Assembly (NCBI RefSeq): GCF_006345805.1
Contig: NC_043003.1
Coordinates: 30,070,001-30,134,000 of the forward strand
DNA length: 64,000 nucleotides
Source of the DNA: Octopus sinensis
Lineage: Eukaryota
Direction: 5' to 3'
Below are positions 26,366 through 38,880 of the stretch, piece after piece; within the stretch, counting starts at the first letter, position 1; every line of letters starts with the position of its first letter. The notes under the pieces were generated by a model. It saw only the letters and a list, made by a program, of their open reading frames with translations, was not told the DNA's origin and did not search any database. The position numbers and the translations under genes were made by a program.

Positions 26366-27610
26366 TTATCCATGTGCCTTTTCTTTATGATGAGTCAAGC
26401 TCCTACTCTCAGAGTAAGTTTTACCACAGATATCACAATGATATGGTTTTACACCAGTGTGAACAGGTTTGTGACGGTTTAAATTTTGATTATCAGCATA
26501 TGATTTACCACAAATATCACAGCTGTATGGTCTTTCACCTGTGTGACCACGTACATGAAGTGTTAAATGACCTTTTTGAGAGAAGGATTTACCACAGATA
26601 TCACAATGAAATGGATTTTCACCAGTGTGAACACGCACATGTTGAATTAAATGACCATTCTGAGAGAATGTTTTCCCACAGATATCACAGTGGTATGGTT
26701 TCTCACCTGTATGCATACGCATATGCTTAGTTAATCCGCTACTGGCAGAGAATGTTTTGCCACAGATATCACAGGGGTATGGTTTCTCACCTGTGTGAAT
26801 ACGTACATGTTGAGTTAAATGACCATTCAGAGAGAATGTTTTGCCACAAATTTCACAATGATACGGGTTGTCACCTGTGTGCACACGTACATGCCTAGTT
26901 AATGTACTATTGTTTGAGAATGTTTTTCCACAGGTATCACAGCAGTATGGGTTGTCACCTGTGTGCATGCGTAGGTGTCTAGATAATATACTATTGTTTG
27001 AGAATGTTTTTCCACAGATATCACAATAAAATGGTTTATCTCCTGTGTGAACTTGTTTGTGATTAGTTAACTTATTACACACAGAGAAGGTTTCACCACA
27101 AATATCACAATGATATGGTTTTTCACCTGTGTGAATACGTTTGTGAACAGTCAAATTACTTCTAACAGAGAATGTTTTCCCACATTCATCACAATGAAAT
27201 GGATTCTCACCTGTGTGAATACGTATATGTTGAGTTAGATGACCGTTCTGAGAGAATGTTTTCCCACAGGTGTCACAGTGGTATGGTTTCTCTCCTGTAT
27301 GCATGCGTATGTGTTTAGTTAATCCACTTCTATCAGTGAATCTTTTTCCACAAATATCACAGTGGTATGGTTTTTCCCCAGTGTGCATACGTATGTGTGT
27401 GGTTAATCTGCTACTTTCAGAGAATGTTTTACCACAGATATCACAGTGATATGGGTTGTCACCAGTGTGCACACGTACATGTTTACTTAATGCGCTATTG
27501 CCAAAGAATGTTTTCCCACAGACATCACAGTGGAATGGTTTCTCAACCATATGAGTACCTTTGTTATTAGTCATACTATTTCTTTTGAGGAATGTTTTTT
27601 CCAGAGACAT
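26366..27610 (-). CDS. C2H2 zinc-finger protein ZNF-4 (14 fingers; N-terminal leader and first fingers deleted)
   Basis: Intact ORF; first ATG at 27610, family MTN ATG at 27574; acceptor at 27796. Confidence 0.92.
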   Translation of the reverse strand: MSLEKTFLKRNSMTNNKGTHMVEKPFHCDVCGKTFFGNSALSKHVRVHTGDNPYHCDICGKTFSESSRLTTHIRMHTGEKPYHCDICGKRFTDRSGLTKHIRMHTGEKPYHCDTCGKTFSQNGHLTQHIRIHTGENPFHCDECGKTFSVRSNLTVHKRIHTGEKPYHCDICGETFSVCNKLTNHKQVHTGDKPFYCDICGKTFSNNSILSRHLRMHTGDNPYCCDTCGKTFSNNSTLTRHVRVHTGDNPYHCEICGKTFSLNGHLTQHVRIHTGEKPYPCDICGKTFSASSGLTKHMRMHTGEKPYHCDICGKTFSQNGHLIQHVRVHTGENPFHCDICGKSFSQKGHLTLHVRGHTGERPYSCDICGKSYADNQNLNRHKPVHTGVKPYHCDICGKTYSESRSLTHHKEKAHG

Positions 27611-27735
27611 CACAGGAATATAATATTTTTATAGATGTAGTTTCAATTTCACAGGAACTTAACCAATGTCATAAAAACAATTAATCAAATGATTAAAAAA
27701 CAGTTCTTGATAATGTCAGTCTTCTGTCTTTAAAA

Positions 27736-27815
27736 TCAGACAAATTTCTTGGTAGCTCTTGAATCAGCAATCCCCATCTCAATGTTAACACAGACACTAA
27801 AGTAAAAAACAATGA
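27736..27815 (-). promoter_or_regulatory. ZNF-4 splice acceptor (exon starts 27796) plus 13-aa uORF 27777-27736
   Basis: TTTTACTTTAG|TGTCTGTGTTAACATTGAGATGG; uORF MGIADSRATKKFV*. Confidence 0.6.
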
Positions 27816-27967
27816 AAAATAAAGAACATGAAAATAAATTACGAAAAAAAAAAGAACAAGAAAATAAAGTAAAAAAACAATGAAAAGTTAACATAGAGGT
27901 TATTTAACTGAAGAGATTGTAAAGGGAACTGGTTGCTTCTTTACACTTTTGGGGTGCAACTTGGGTG

Positions 27968-28483
27968 TGTAACGAAATGTGAATATCTTCTCTGCACTGT
28001 TTGGGTGCAAGAAGCACCGTTAATTTTTATAGATGTAGTTAATTTCAAGTTTGAATACCTTCGGCGTGCGAGAAATCACCCGAAAAGGTCCTTTATAAGG
28101 AGAAACAAGAGGTCCTTTGACACAAGCAGACGTATATTTCTCTCTGTCCGTATTTGATAGCAGTCGGCTGAAGACTTTAACCAAATTGTTGCAGACAACA
28201 TCGTCTTCATTTTTCCGCGGCCATCTTTAACCCGTTCTGTTTTTTGCGGCTGAACATTGTAAAATCTTACAAGCGATTAACTTTCAGCCTTGCGCGCCCA
28301 GAACCAAGGGATATCAGATATACCACTTATTTCTCACCGGTATAAGACAATAAAGTATATCTATTTTTTACGTCTGCGTTTTGTGTTTCTTTGACTGGTA
28401 GAATCTGGATTATTAAAAGGCAACAGATTGTGATTGCTTCTTGCACCCAAACAGTGCAGAGAAGATATTTACATTTCGTTACA
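27968..28483. mobile_element. non-autonomous Ginger-like DNA transposon
   Basis: 49-bp TIRs (1 mismatch) TGTAACGAAATGT...ACATTTCGTTACA, 4-bp TSD GGTG. Confidence 0.8.
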
Positions 28484-29010
28484 GGTGCAACACAATTTCC
28501 TTTCTTTTTGTTTCTAGAAACTACCAGTCGGTAACAAAACGCAACTTTAAAAATATATACGATTCTTTATTCTTTTATTCACAAATGAAGCACGATGGTA
28601 TACTGGCATCCACTTAGTTCAACTCAGCAAGGCTGAATTTTAACGTTTGTAAGAATATTACCCAAATTCAGCAGTTTGTAAGAATATTACCCAAATTCAG
28701 GTCAAATCCTAAGCGTCTGGGACAGGAGAATAGGCTGATCACACGTTTAAAAATATGTCCTTTCTCTTCTATCGACATGTCTCAAGTCAACGATGCTATT
28801 AAGGAACGCGATAGAATTTCTTCCCCAGTCTCTAGCGCATGTGGGAACTTCCTTATGCCTTTCCAGAAGGTTCCAACCCCGCACACGCACACTGAAGAAG
28901 GACGTTCCGCACACGCACACTGAAGAATGACGTTGCGTGTGCGCACACTGGAATATGACGTCACTACAAGATTATCAAGAGAGGTTAATTGGCAGAAGAA
29001 TAAAAATAAG

Positions 29011-32000
29011 GTTAATTGGCAGAAGTACGTCCGAAGCTACGTGTAGTGGCTTCCCTGAATAGGAACTCAGCTCTACAGGAAAGCTTCAGTCTTCGGGAAG
29101 ATGGACAAATCTGGAGATTTGTCAAGACTGCTGAAACGTGGAAGAGAGATACCAGCTGGTCTGAGTGCTCTCTACCCACAATAATTAAAAAGACTACAGC
29201 AACTCAGGGAAACTAAGCCAGAACAACCTGCCATCCTCTACACACCATCATAAACTGCGAGCAGGGTACAAATCGTTGTCCTTAAATGCTCGCAGTTTAT
29301 GCAACAAAATACATTTGTTCAACGCCTACGTCAGAAGTGTTGATCCTGACTTCATCACTGTCACGGAAACATGGGCGCATTCCTTACTCTGTGATGGGGT
29401 TTTCAACATTACGGGGTACAACCTCTTCCGTAAGGACCGCACTAACCGCCGTGGTGGTGGTGTGATGGTCTACGTTCGTTCAAATTTTTTGGTAATTCCT
29501 TGTGCTGATTTGAACGAATCACAAGAAGAAGTTTTTTTCTGTGACGTGCGTATGACCATGTCAACACTCCTGCTTGGCGTTGTTTATCGTCTCCCAAATT
29601 ACCATCGGGACACACAGCTTTGCAATGTCCTCCGAGCTGCTGCCAGGAAAACAGCCACTTATGTGTTTATTGCAGGCGATTTCAATCATCCTGAGATCGA
29701 TTGGGAGACCTTCCATTGGCCACAGAGTGCAAACGATTTTGTTGAGCTTGTACTGGACTCAAACTGGTCACAAGTAGTCACCTCTCCAACAAGAGGCGAC
29801 AACACCTTGGACCTGCTCTTCACCACAACTCCTGAAGCGGTTATCAATTGCACTACGGAGGAACCTCTAGGTGACTCTGATCATGCTATGATCATCGCCA
29901 ATCTGGCTCTTGCGGGCAACAAAAACCTGAACCATCTCCAATCTGCTTCCTTCGATTGGAAGAGAGCAGATTGGAACCTGTACCACACTGAACTACAGCA
30001 CCCAAACTGGCGTGAATTCTACAACTCTGGAGATGTGAATACTATACTCCAGAGTATCCTGGACTCAATATGGGCAGCATGTGCAGCATCAGTGCCACGT
30101 AAACAAAAAAAGAAGAACCGCCCCAAAAGGGCAATTTGGGAAACTTCAGCGGTCCGACTTGCCAGGAGGGAACGTCGGACTGCTGAACGGGAATACAGGT
30201 TGCATAAATCAGACACCAACAGGAAGAAGCGGAATAAATCCTCCAACCATCTCAAGCAGTGCTTGAATTTGAACAGTGCATAGCAGCCAATCCTGACAGC
30301 AAGGTTTTCTGGAAATATGTGCACTCAAAGCAGAGACCTCACTCTCCAGTGGGCCCTCTTCGCAACCCTCACACAAACCAGATCACTGACGACCCCAAGG
30401 AATGCGCAGAACTCATTGCCGAGTGCTATGCAAACATATTCACTGTTGAAAGTCAAAATGTACCATCTTCACCATCACTAACAGCAAACTCCATAACAAC
30501 TATGGAATTTACACCTGCAATGCTGCGACGTCACCTTCAAAATAAGCGCAACTATGCCTCCCCTGGTCTCGATGGAGTTACATACCTGCTTCTCAAACGT
30601 GGCAGGCACTTCCTTTTACACCAGCTTTCTATTTTCTTCCAGTACTGTCTCAACAATGGTGCTACTCCGGAGCAGTGGAAAACTGCCAGTGTCATTCCTC
30701 TGTTCAAAAAGGGCGACCGCACATCACCTGTCAACTATCGCCCAGTCAGTCTCACTAGCTGTATTGCAAAACTGATGGAATCATGTGTCAGAGAAACACT
30801 CTGGAACTTCTGGAGCTCTCACAGTCTCATCCGACCCTCACAATATGGATTTGTCCCTAACTCCAGCTGCAGTGACCAGCTTGTCGAGTTCCTTGAGGAC
30901 ATTACTCAGATTACTGACAGTGGCTCATGAGTGGATGTTGTCTACCTTGACTTTGCTAAGGCTTTCAACTCTGTGCCACACAAAAGGCTTATGGTGAAAC
31001 TCTCTGCAATGGGTGTGGGGGATGACCTTTTTAACTGGTTGAAATCCTTCATCCTCAGCCGAAAGGAGGTAGTCACAGTTCTAGGACAGCACTCTACACC
31101 ATATGAGATGTCATCGGGTGTACCACAGGGATCTGTCCTTGGCCCCCTCTTGTTTGTGGCATACATTAACGACATAGATGCCAATTTAAAGAATGCCACA
31201 GTATTGAAATATGCAGACGACATCAAGCTGTACCTTGAAATCAAGAGGACAGATCCTGATGTCTACAACTCTTTCCTGCAATCAGACCTAGACACAATGC
31301 AGCAATGGATCACAGACTGGCAACTGAAACTGGCTGTGGACAAGTGTACCACCATGCATTTTGGGAGAAAAAACCCTGCGTTCACATACTCCCTCCACAA
31401 CACTGATATCAAGAAATCCTCTTGCGAGCGTGACCTAGGCATCACTGTCAGCAGTGATCTGCGTTGGTCAAAGCATATCTCTAAGATTGTCAGGAAGGCC
31501 GAGGGTGTCTTGGCATCACTCAGCAGGTCTTTTGTTAGCCGCTCTCCAGCCATCTAATTAAAACTGTATACAGCTATGGTACGACCACACTTGGAATTCG
31601 CATCATCAGTTTGGAACCCCTATCTTGCACAGAACATTGACCTCCTGGAATCTGTCCAGAGACGTGCAACCAAACGCATACCCTCCATCAGACACCTACC
31701 ATATTCTGAGCGCCTTGTTTCCCTGGGCATGGATTCACTGAAGCTCCGGCGTTTGGCGACGGACTTGGTAAACACCCACAAAGTTATCAACCACCTCACC
31801 AACAACAACACTGAATACCTTTTTGATCTCCATGTGTCTAACACACGTGGACATGCCTACAAAGTCAGAAAACAATACAGCTCCCATGACTTTCGGAAAC
31901 ATTTTTTCACGCTCAGAGTTGCTGAAGCATGGAATAAACTGCCTGCGTCAGTTGTTGACTGCCATGACACTGCATCTTTTAAGGCCCTCATGCTTTCCGA

Positions 32001-32071
32001 AATCCGCCGAAACTTCACCTGATTATATATACACTTTAGATGAGTTGTAGTGCACCTGAGCACTGTACACA

Positions 32072-32103
<32 letters not shown>
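29011..32103 (+). mobile_element. CR1-clade LINE, 5'-truncated in ORF1, near-complete ORF2 (APE endonuclease + RT), (ATT)n tail
   Basis: TETW, GDFNHP, SDH endonuclease motifs; YLDFAKAF, GVPQGSVLGPLLF, YADD RT motifs; FFTLRVAEAWNKLP C-terminus; one frameshift (about 30265) and two stops (30928, 31555); AAGAATAAAAATAAG at 28996 and 32104. Confidence 0.93.
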
Positions 32104-32104
<1 letters not shown>

Positions 32105-33101
32105 AGAATAAAAATAAGAAAATATCTACAGAGGGAAGATGCAATACTCTAGCTTTGTAATGTAAATGGATGATATAATGTGTGGATGAAGATTTTAGAA
32201 ACAAGATGGTAGGCTGATTGAACGAACAAATGGCAAGGACATACATATATAAAGTAGTGAGTTGAAAAAGTTTGATTTGCTGATATTGTTCCTGGAGTTA
32301 CAAAAAATTCTCTCAAAAGGTTACTTAAAAGATCTAAAATCAGGCAAGAGAGATAATACCTACAAGATCAGCAAATCAAAACTTTTAGGAAATACAATGC
32401 ATTAAAAATGTGAGTGGAGTTGGTCTTTGAAACCAACTGGTGAAAGTAACAAATGTTTATCTTATTAATCCTCCTCAATGAAGCATACTCAACTCAGCTG
32501 GCAACAAGACTTAGTGTGTGAGTGTGTGTGTGTGCATGTTTGTTTCTCTGTGTTATTTCTACATTCCAAAACATATAAATACAAAAAAAAAAAAACAGGA
32601 CATACACACACACACACACACAGGTACAAGCGCACACGCACAACTCATTAGCTTTCTCTTTCCTACTGACAATTGACAAGACAACATGTGGTCACGGAAA
32701 TCACCGAATTCAATGTTTACATTATTTCGAGTCAAAACAAGCATATTCAGTAATACACAAAAGGCGATTGCCGAAATGCACAAATTATAAATACAGTGAC
32801 TTTTATGCAAAAAATAAAGAACAAATATGTTTTCAATCGCTTTTCACAGACATTTTTACTGATAAGATTAATATTTTTGATGTATAAAAACATTTCTGCG
32901 CTTTAAGGTTGTTGTTTCATTAAAATGAATAAACACACAAAATACAAGACAAACCTAGATAATTATAAACAAACTGAATGTTCAAAATATATCGAGACTG
33001 ACAGCGAGCTAATTCGATTGAAACGGGACTAAATACTAAGAGAGCAAAACAAAGAGAATTTGTTATTATTGCAACAATCCATCACAGATAGTAACAAATA
33101 C

Positions 33102-33312
33102 GATACTATTTAAGAAGAGTGGTCCCGGTGCGCGCAGTCGCGTATTCGCGCTAGCTAGTCGATCTTTACTTTGTGTTTTTGTTTTATTTACTTTGTGTAA
33201 AAAATTATCTTTTTTTTTTTATTTACTTTGCTAGGTAGTCGATGTAGGATTGACTAGTCACAACAAGCTATCGCGGATGCGCGCACCGGGACCGCTCTTC
33301 TTAAATAGTACC
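33102..33312. mobile_element. 211-bp MITE, about 41-bp TIRs, 9-bp TSD (MULE- or Merlin-like)
   Basis: TSD AACAAATAC at 33093 and 33313; single copy at the paralogous empty sites (about 11353, 20371). Confidence 0.9.
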
Positions 33313-33585
33313 AACAAATACTGGAATGTCACCATGCATAATGTTACTAAATAGTTTCTAAAATTGAATATTGCTAATGTTTACATTTAAACAGATTAAA
33401 CCTGAACGTAAATAGCATCACACTATCAATACATCATATTGTGGATTGTTACAAGAGACGTTTCCATTAGAAATAATTAGCTACTGAAAACACATCAACT
33501 TGCTGCTTTTTAATCTCTTTCTCATTATTTGGTGTTATAAAATTGAGAGATAATTTGATCTATGGATATATACAGACATAATATA

Positions 33586-33685
33586 CTTACTATCTGTCCA
33601 ATAAACCATCTTTACTGATTCACAGAACCCAAGTGATATACTTCCATGCAGACTTAATCAAATCTTCAGCCGTATTTTCGTAAAA
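33586..33685 (-). promoter_or_regulatory. conserved upstream motif of ZNF-4 (33666-33685) and candidate short non-coding first exon
   Basis: TTTTACGAAAATACGGCTGA followed about 75 bp later by GTAAGT (GTGAGT at the same place in ZNF-5). Confidence 0.55.
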
Positions 33686-34109
33686 ACGGATCTCTCTCTC
33701 TTCTTTTTTGTTATCCAGTACTCCAATATTAAGATGTGTAGCTGAAATTTATTTCTATCATCAAACAAATAGAGTACTTATGCTGTGATTGGGTGATCCT
33801 ACTTATATCGAAGTTTTGCCCTGTAATTGTATATTTCGTGATTTCAAAGTTGCACTTTTCTATTTCAAGAGGGGTCAAAATTTTCGTCACATTACTGCGA
33901 CCTGTCACTCACAAAATTCCACTGCAGATGTTTTAAAGTCCTTTTTCTTTTCTCTCCCTTTTCCTTGTTATACTTACACTGATATAAATCTGTTGTACAG
34001 ATGTTTGATCTTTTGGAACTAGTCACTTCTGGGTTCTAGTCTATGCTGGCATATCTATTGCAAATATCAGTTATACACTATGGTGTAAACGTTATTAATC
34101 AAGGAATAG

Positions 34110-34525
34110 AGGTGCAGGTATGGCTGTGAAGTTGAAACTTTTCTTCTCAATTACATGGTTTGGGATTTATCCTCATTGCATCACACATTAGGTATCTTCT
34201 ATTATAGCCCTGGGCCAACCAAAACTTTGTGAGCGCATTTAATATATGCAAACTGAAAGAAGCTAGATATCTACCTATTTGTCTGTATTTGTGTTGCTTT
34301 GTCTTGACATCACATGATAGTTGTAAATGAGTGTCACTGTTATACAAGTAGTGTCATTCATTTCCAACGTTCTGTGAAAACGTGTTTGGTCATGGGAAAA
34401 TATTACTTTACTTGGAAACAGGTAAAGGTTGGTGAGAAGAAGGGCATCGGGCTATACAAAATTTGCCTCAATAAACCAAATTTGACCTATGCAAGTTTGG
34501 AATAGTAAGCATTAAAATTATGATG
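34110..34525 (+). mobile_element. degenerate tRNA-derived SINE
   Basis: GGTGCAGGTATGGCTGTG head, TCTTCTATTATAGCC body, GAAGGGCATC tail. Confidence 0.6.
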
Positions 34526-35364
34526 AAAATTAAATCTATTTTCCTTTTCCTCACAAGTAGGGGAAACAATTCTTGACTTCTGATGTTAAACCTTGTTAAC
34601 TGCAAAGATTATGTAATGCATTGATTACAACATTCTACTGCCAAGCATGTCAATTAAATATATATACAGTTGCATGTGTGTATGTGAACATGTGCACAAG
34701 TGTGTATATGTGTGTGTGTGCATGTTTATATATATATATATAAAGTGAGTCTGCATGTGCATGTGAGTGTATGTATATGCCTATGTATATATACATGCAG
34801 TGTGTACATACTTTTCAGTCTGTATGCATACTCGCATTTATAAAAATGTGAACACATGTATGATATGACAGTCCAGCTAACATGCACTTTCAATTTGAAA
34901 GTAAGTTTGAAAATTGTGTCTTTATGTGCTCCATATAGCAAAATTGGTAGAATAGTCAGTACTGTTGATGACAGTGTGTGTAGAAATATCTGTTCTTCAC
35001 ATGACATCATGCATAGAATGGACAATTTTCTGTGTCACAATGTATGCAACCAAGGTAAGTGGGGATGTCAGTAATTAGATACACCTATTGATATTGCAGT
35101 ACATTAATCACCGACTAGATGAGAATTAACTTAATTTAAGCATCAAGTATGCAAATTTGCATTACAGATAAGTTATGAGATACAATCAGTCATCTTTCAG
35201 GAGAGATTTACTACAATGTTCCCCTTCCAGATTGATGGTAACAAAACGAACAGCAATAAATTATGAATTTACTCCAGCACAGAAAAATAAATGTTTAATG
35301 TGTAAATGTAAGTGTAGTTATGAAATTCTTGCATTAACAAGTAAGTTGGTATGAACTAGTCACT

Positions 35365-35485
35365 AACATTGTTCCAGGTTCAGTCCCACTGCACAACACC
35401 TAGGGCAAGTGTCTTCTACTATAGCCTCGGGCTGACCAAAGCCTTTTGAGTGGATTTGGTAGACGGAAACTGAAAGAAGTCCATC

Positions 35486-35567
<82 letters not shown>

Positions 35568-35662
35568 GAATATGTTTGTGTGTCTGTGTTTGTCCCCTCA
35601 ACATCTCTGTCACTTAGCGATTCAGCAAAAGACCGATAGAATAAGAAGTACTAGGCTTACAA
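35365..35662 (+). mobile_element. tRNA-derived SINE with expanded (TA)n
   Basis: B box GGTTCAGTCCC; matches 2686-3061. Confidence 0.8.
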
Positions 35663-36530
35663 ATGTAGTTCACATGGACATACCCTTTAACACTTATAAC
35701 ATTTAAATACTTCAACTTCATCAATCATATTCTGATAGCAACAGTAATGTAACATGCATTCTTCTGTGTCACACTTTTACTTTCTACCCTTAAATGGGTA
35801 ACTTAGCTTTTCAAACTTCATCCTCCTATTCAACTATTGTATACTGCTTTGCTCCAAGTCCTGCTCTAACTGTACAATTAGTCACTTCTAACATGTTACA
35901 ATTTGACAATATCCAGTCCTCTATGATGCTACAAGTCAAAATTATATCTCTCAAATAACATTGAGAGATATTTGTCAGCACATCTAGATTTTCTTTCTCC
36001 ATTTGTGTCTCTGCTTTTCATATTATTTAACATTCTGCATGCAATAATCAACAGGTCAGAGTGTTTCAATTAAAGTTAACAGTTTACAGCAAATCATCCT
36101 ACTTCTAAATACACAAACTTATTCTTGCAGAAACAAATGATGAAATAGTTTTTGTAGATTATCAAAACTTTAATTAAAAGACAAAGAAATACATCAGTCA
36201 CAAAATAGAACAATTCATAGCATTAAAATGATGACAAATGTCTGTGTAAGCAAACTAGATACTAAAGTTAATCCAAAATGAATCATTGAAAAATGTAATA
36301 ACCATGTAGTGGAGAGATTCATACATTCATATGAACTTTTATTATAAAACTATGCACTGCTTCTTATTTACAATTACCTTCCATGCTTCAGTTCTATCAT
36401 CATGTAGAATGTGTAAGAAAAAAGAAAATCTCCAGATTATATTTGTCCATTTTCCAAAAAATTCCTTTGTATTATCTGTCCCATAGAAATTCCCTTTTGC
36501 CTTCATGAGGTAACAGTTCATAAAACTTCT

Positions 36531-37259
36531 TCAGATTAATTCTTTTATTGCTTGCTGTCCATGTGCCTTTTTTTTATGATTAGTCAAACTCCTATTCTCA
36601 GAGTAAGTTTTACCACAAATATCACAATGATACGGTTTTACACCTGTGTGAACTGGTTTGTGACGATTTAAATTCTGATTGTCAGCATATGATTTACCAC
36701 AAATATCACAAGTGTATGGTCTTTCACCTGTGTGACCACGTACATGGAGTGTTAAATGACCTTTCTGAGAGAAGGATTTACCACAGGTATCACAGCGAAA
36801 TGGATTCTCACCTGTGTGAATACGTACATGTTGAATTAAATGACCATTCTGAGTGAATGTTTTATCACATATATCACAGTGATATGGTTTCTCACCTGTG
36901 TGGATGCGTACATGTTGAGTTAAATGAGTATTCACCGAGAATGTTTTCCCACAGATTTCACAGTGGTATGGATTGTCACCTGTGTGCATGCGTATGTGTC
37001 TAGATAAATTACTCTTGCCAGAGAATCTTTTTCCACAAATATCACAGTGGTATGGTTTCTCACCTGTGTGCATGCGGATGTGCTGAGTTAATCTATTACT
37101 GACACAGAATCTTTTACCACAGATATCACAGTGGTATGGGTTATCACCAGTATGTATGCGTATGTGTCTAGTTAATGCACTACTGCCAGAGAATGTTTTC
37201 CCACAGATATCACAATAGTATGGATTCTCACTACCCTGAGCACCTCTGTGATTAGTCAT
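36531..37259 (-). CDS. C2H2 zinc-finger protein ZNF-5 (242 aa, 8 fingers)
   Basis: Intact ORF starting at MTNH. Confidence 0.9.
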   Translation of the reverse strand: MTNHRGAQGSENPYYCDICGKTFSGSSALTRHIRIHTGDNPYHCDICGKRFCVSNRLTQHIRMHTGEKPYHCDICGKRFSGKSNLSRHIRMHTGDNPYHCEICGKTFSVNTHLTQHVRIHTGEKPYHCDICDKTFTQNGHLIQHVRIHTGENPFRCDTCGKSFSQKGHLTLHVRGHTGERPYTCDICGKSYADNQNLNRHKPVHTGVKPYHCDICGKTYSENRSLTNHKKKAHGQQAIKELI

Positions 37260-37870
37260 GTTACCTCTTCAAAAAAATGTTTCCCTACAAGTATTAAAAT
37301 AGCATGGCTTTTCACTTGTGTAAATAGGATTGTGTCTATTAAATGGATATTCTAAAATATGCTTACTACAAATACCATTTTCATACAGTCCTGTGTGGAT
37401 CTTTTGCCAAACATTAATTTATCAAATGCAGCAAATATTTTTCCACAGATATTGCAATGATATGGTTTCTCACATAAATGAATATATTTGTGTGTAGTCA
37501 AATGACTTTGCTAAGAGGTTACTCTCCACAAATATCAAAACAGTATAACTTTTCACCAGTATGGATATGGTTATGCTTGGTCAAATTACTGATGTAGGAT
37601 AAAGTTTTACAAAAAATTATGCCCTGATAAAATTTCTTATCATTCTGGACATCATTATGCAAGAACAAAATTTGTTTTTGGTAATTATTTAACTATTAAT
37701 TTTAAAACATTTAAGCTTTTTAGCTTTTATGAAAAAAAATACTTTCTGCAATAAAGGATTAAACTATATAAATGTTTTTTTACTGGTATACAAGAGACAA
37801 AATTTGTATTTTTGCGTAGCAACTAGATTCTGATTTAGCTTGATCATGTTACATATCTCTATCACAATGT
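37260..37870 (-). pseudogene. decayed leader and fingers 1-5 upstream of ZNF-5
   Basis: e.g. S*QSHLTTHKYIHLCEKPYHCNICGK, colinear with ZNF-2/3 finger 2, with stops and indels. Confidence 0.8.
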
Positions 37871-37965
37871 GCTTATAATCTTAATTCAAACATTAAAGCA
37901 ACTTCCTCAAGATTTTATAGATGTGTTACTTGTAATCTATTCTTCATAATACCAGTTTTCTTTCT

Positions 37966-38070
37966 TCAAAATCTGGTGAAGTTCCTTAAATATACTGAAT
38001 TCCACAATACCATGTCATTGTCACCACAAAACCTGAAATATAAAACATAAGGTAAAAAGGACAATGTAAA
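37966..38070 (-). promoter_or_regulatory. ZNF-5 splice acceptor (exon starts 38032) plus 15-aa uORF 38013-37966
   Basis: TATATTTCAG|GTTTTGTGGTGAC; uORF MVLWNSVYLRNFTRF*. Confidence 0.65.
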
Positions 38071-38519
38071 TGAAAGTTATTAGAGAAATAGGGCTTGACT
38101 AAATTGAATGAAAGAATAAAAGGGAAAGAGCAGAAAAATAATATTAAGGATATATAAAGGAAATGACTGATGTTATGCATGGATAAGAACTTTTGAAAGG
38201 AAATAACGAGACACACAGATATAGAAAGAAATCAAGAATTCTTTTTGTAGGAGTATACACATATAAATAGCAAACTGTTGTCTACATAGAAGGTAGAAAA
38301 AAAAAGCAATGAAAATTTAACACAAAGATTTGAAGAGAATGGGGACTAGACCAGAACAATAACAATGTTACAATAAAAAAAAAAGAAAATACTGTGAAGG
38401 TAAGACGCAATAGTATGGACATATAGTGTGTAAATGAATGATGCATAGATGAGGTAATAAATGAAGTATACAGATGTAGAAAAACTAATAATTTATTTAT
38501 TTATTTATTTTATGTGAGT

Positions 38520-38880
38520 GGACTATAATATAAATAACTCGGGGACACCATCAATCTACTAAAGAAAACATACCCATCAGAACTAGGCAATATCAATGAG
38601 TACATCTCTTTTGGACTGGATAAAACAATTTAATAACATTGGAAGTAACACACAATACAGCGATGTACATGACATTGGGACTTTGATGGAGCGAAGCTAT
38701 GAGGTGGTTACCAGGGATATAAAAGAAAGTTGGATACACACCCTCGGAATAGGGGCGGAAATCTAATTACAAAGATTCTGTTGTTCACAATAAAATTGGA
38801 TGAGAGCTAAAAGACAGTAAGGAACTTAGGGAGCATAAAATATTTTATGAGTTTTATGACAGAAGACATTAAAAGCAATC
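38520..38880 (+). mobile_element. possible highly decayed Penelope-type RT fragment
   Basis: ATGACATTGGGA-CTTTGATGGAGCG resembles the TMGSFDGAE motif; weak. Confidence 0.3.

Noticed and set aside
27625-28040. Exact 18-bp match ATTTTTATAGATGTAGTT between the ZNF-4 deletion junction and the Ginger-like element
   Set aside because: AT-rich, and similar sequence exists at the homologous site in paralogues (37912, 55725), so chance or ancestry is sufficient
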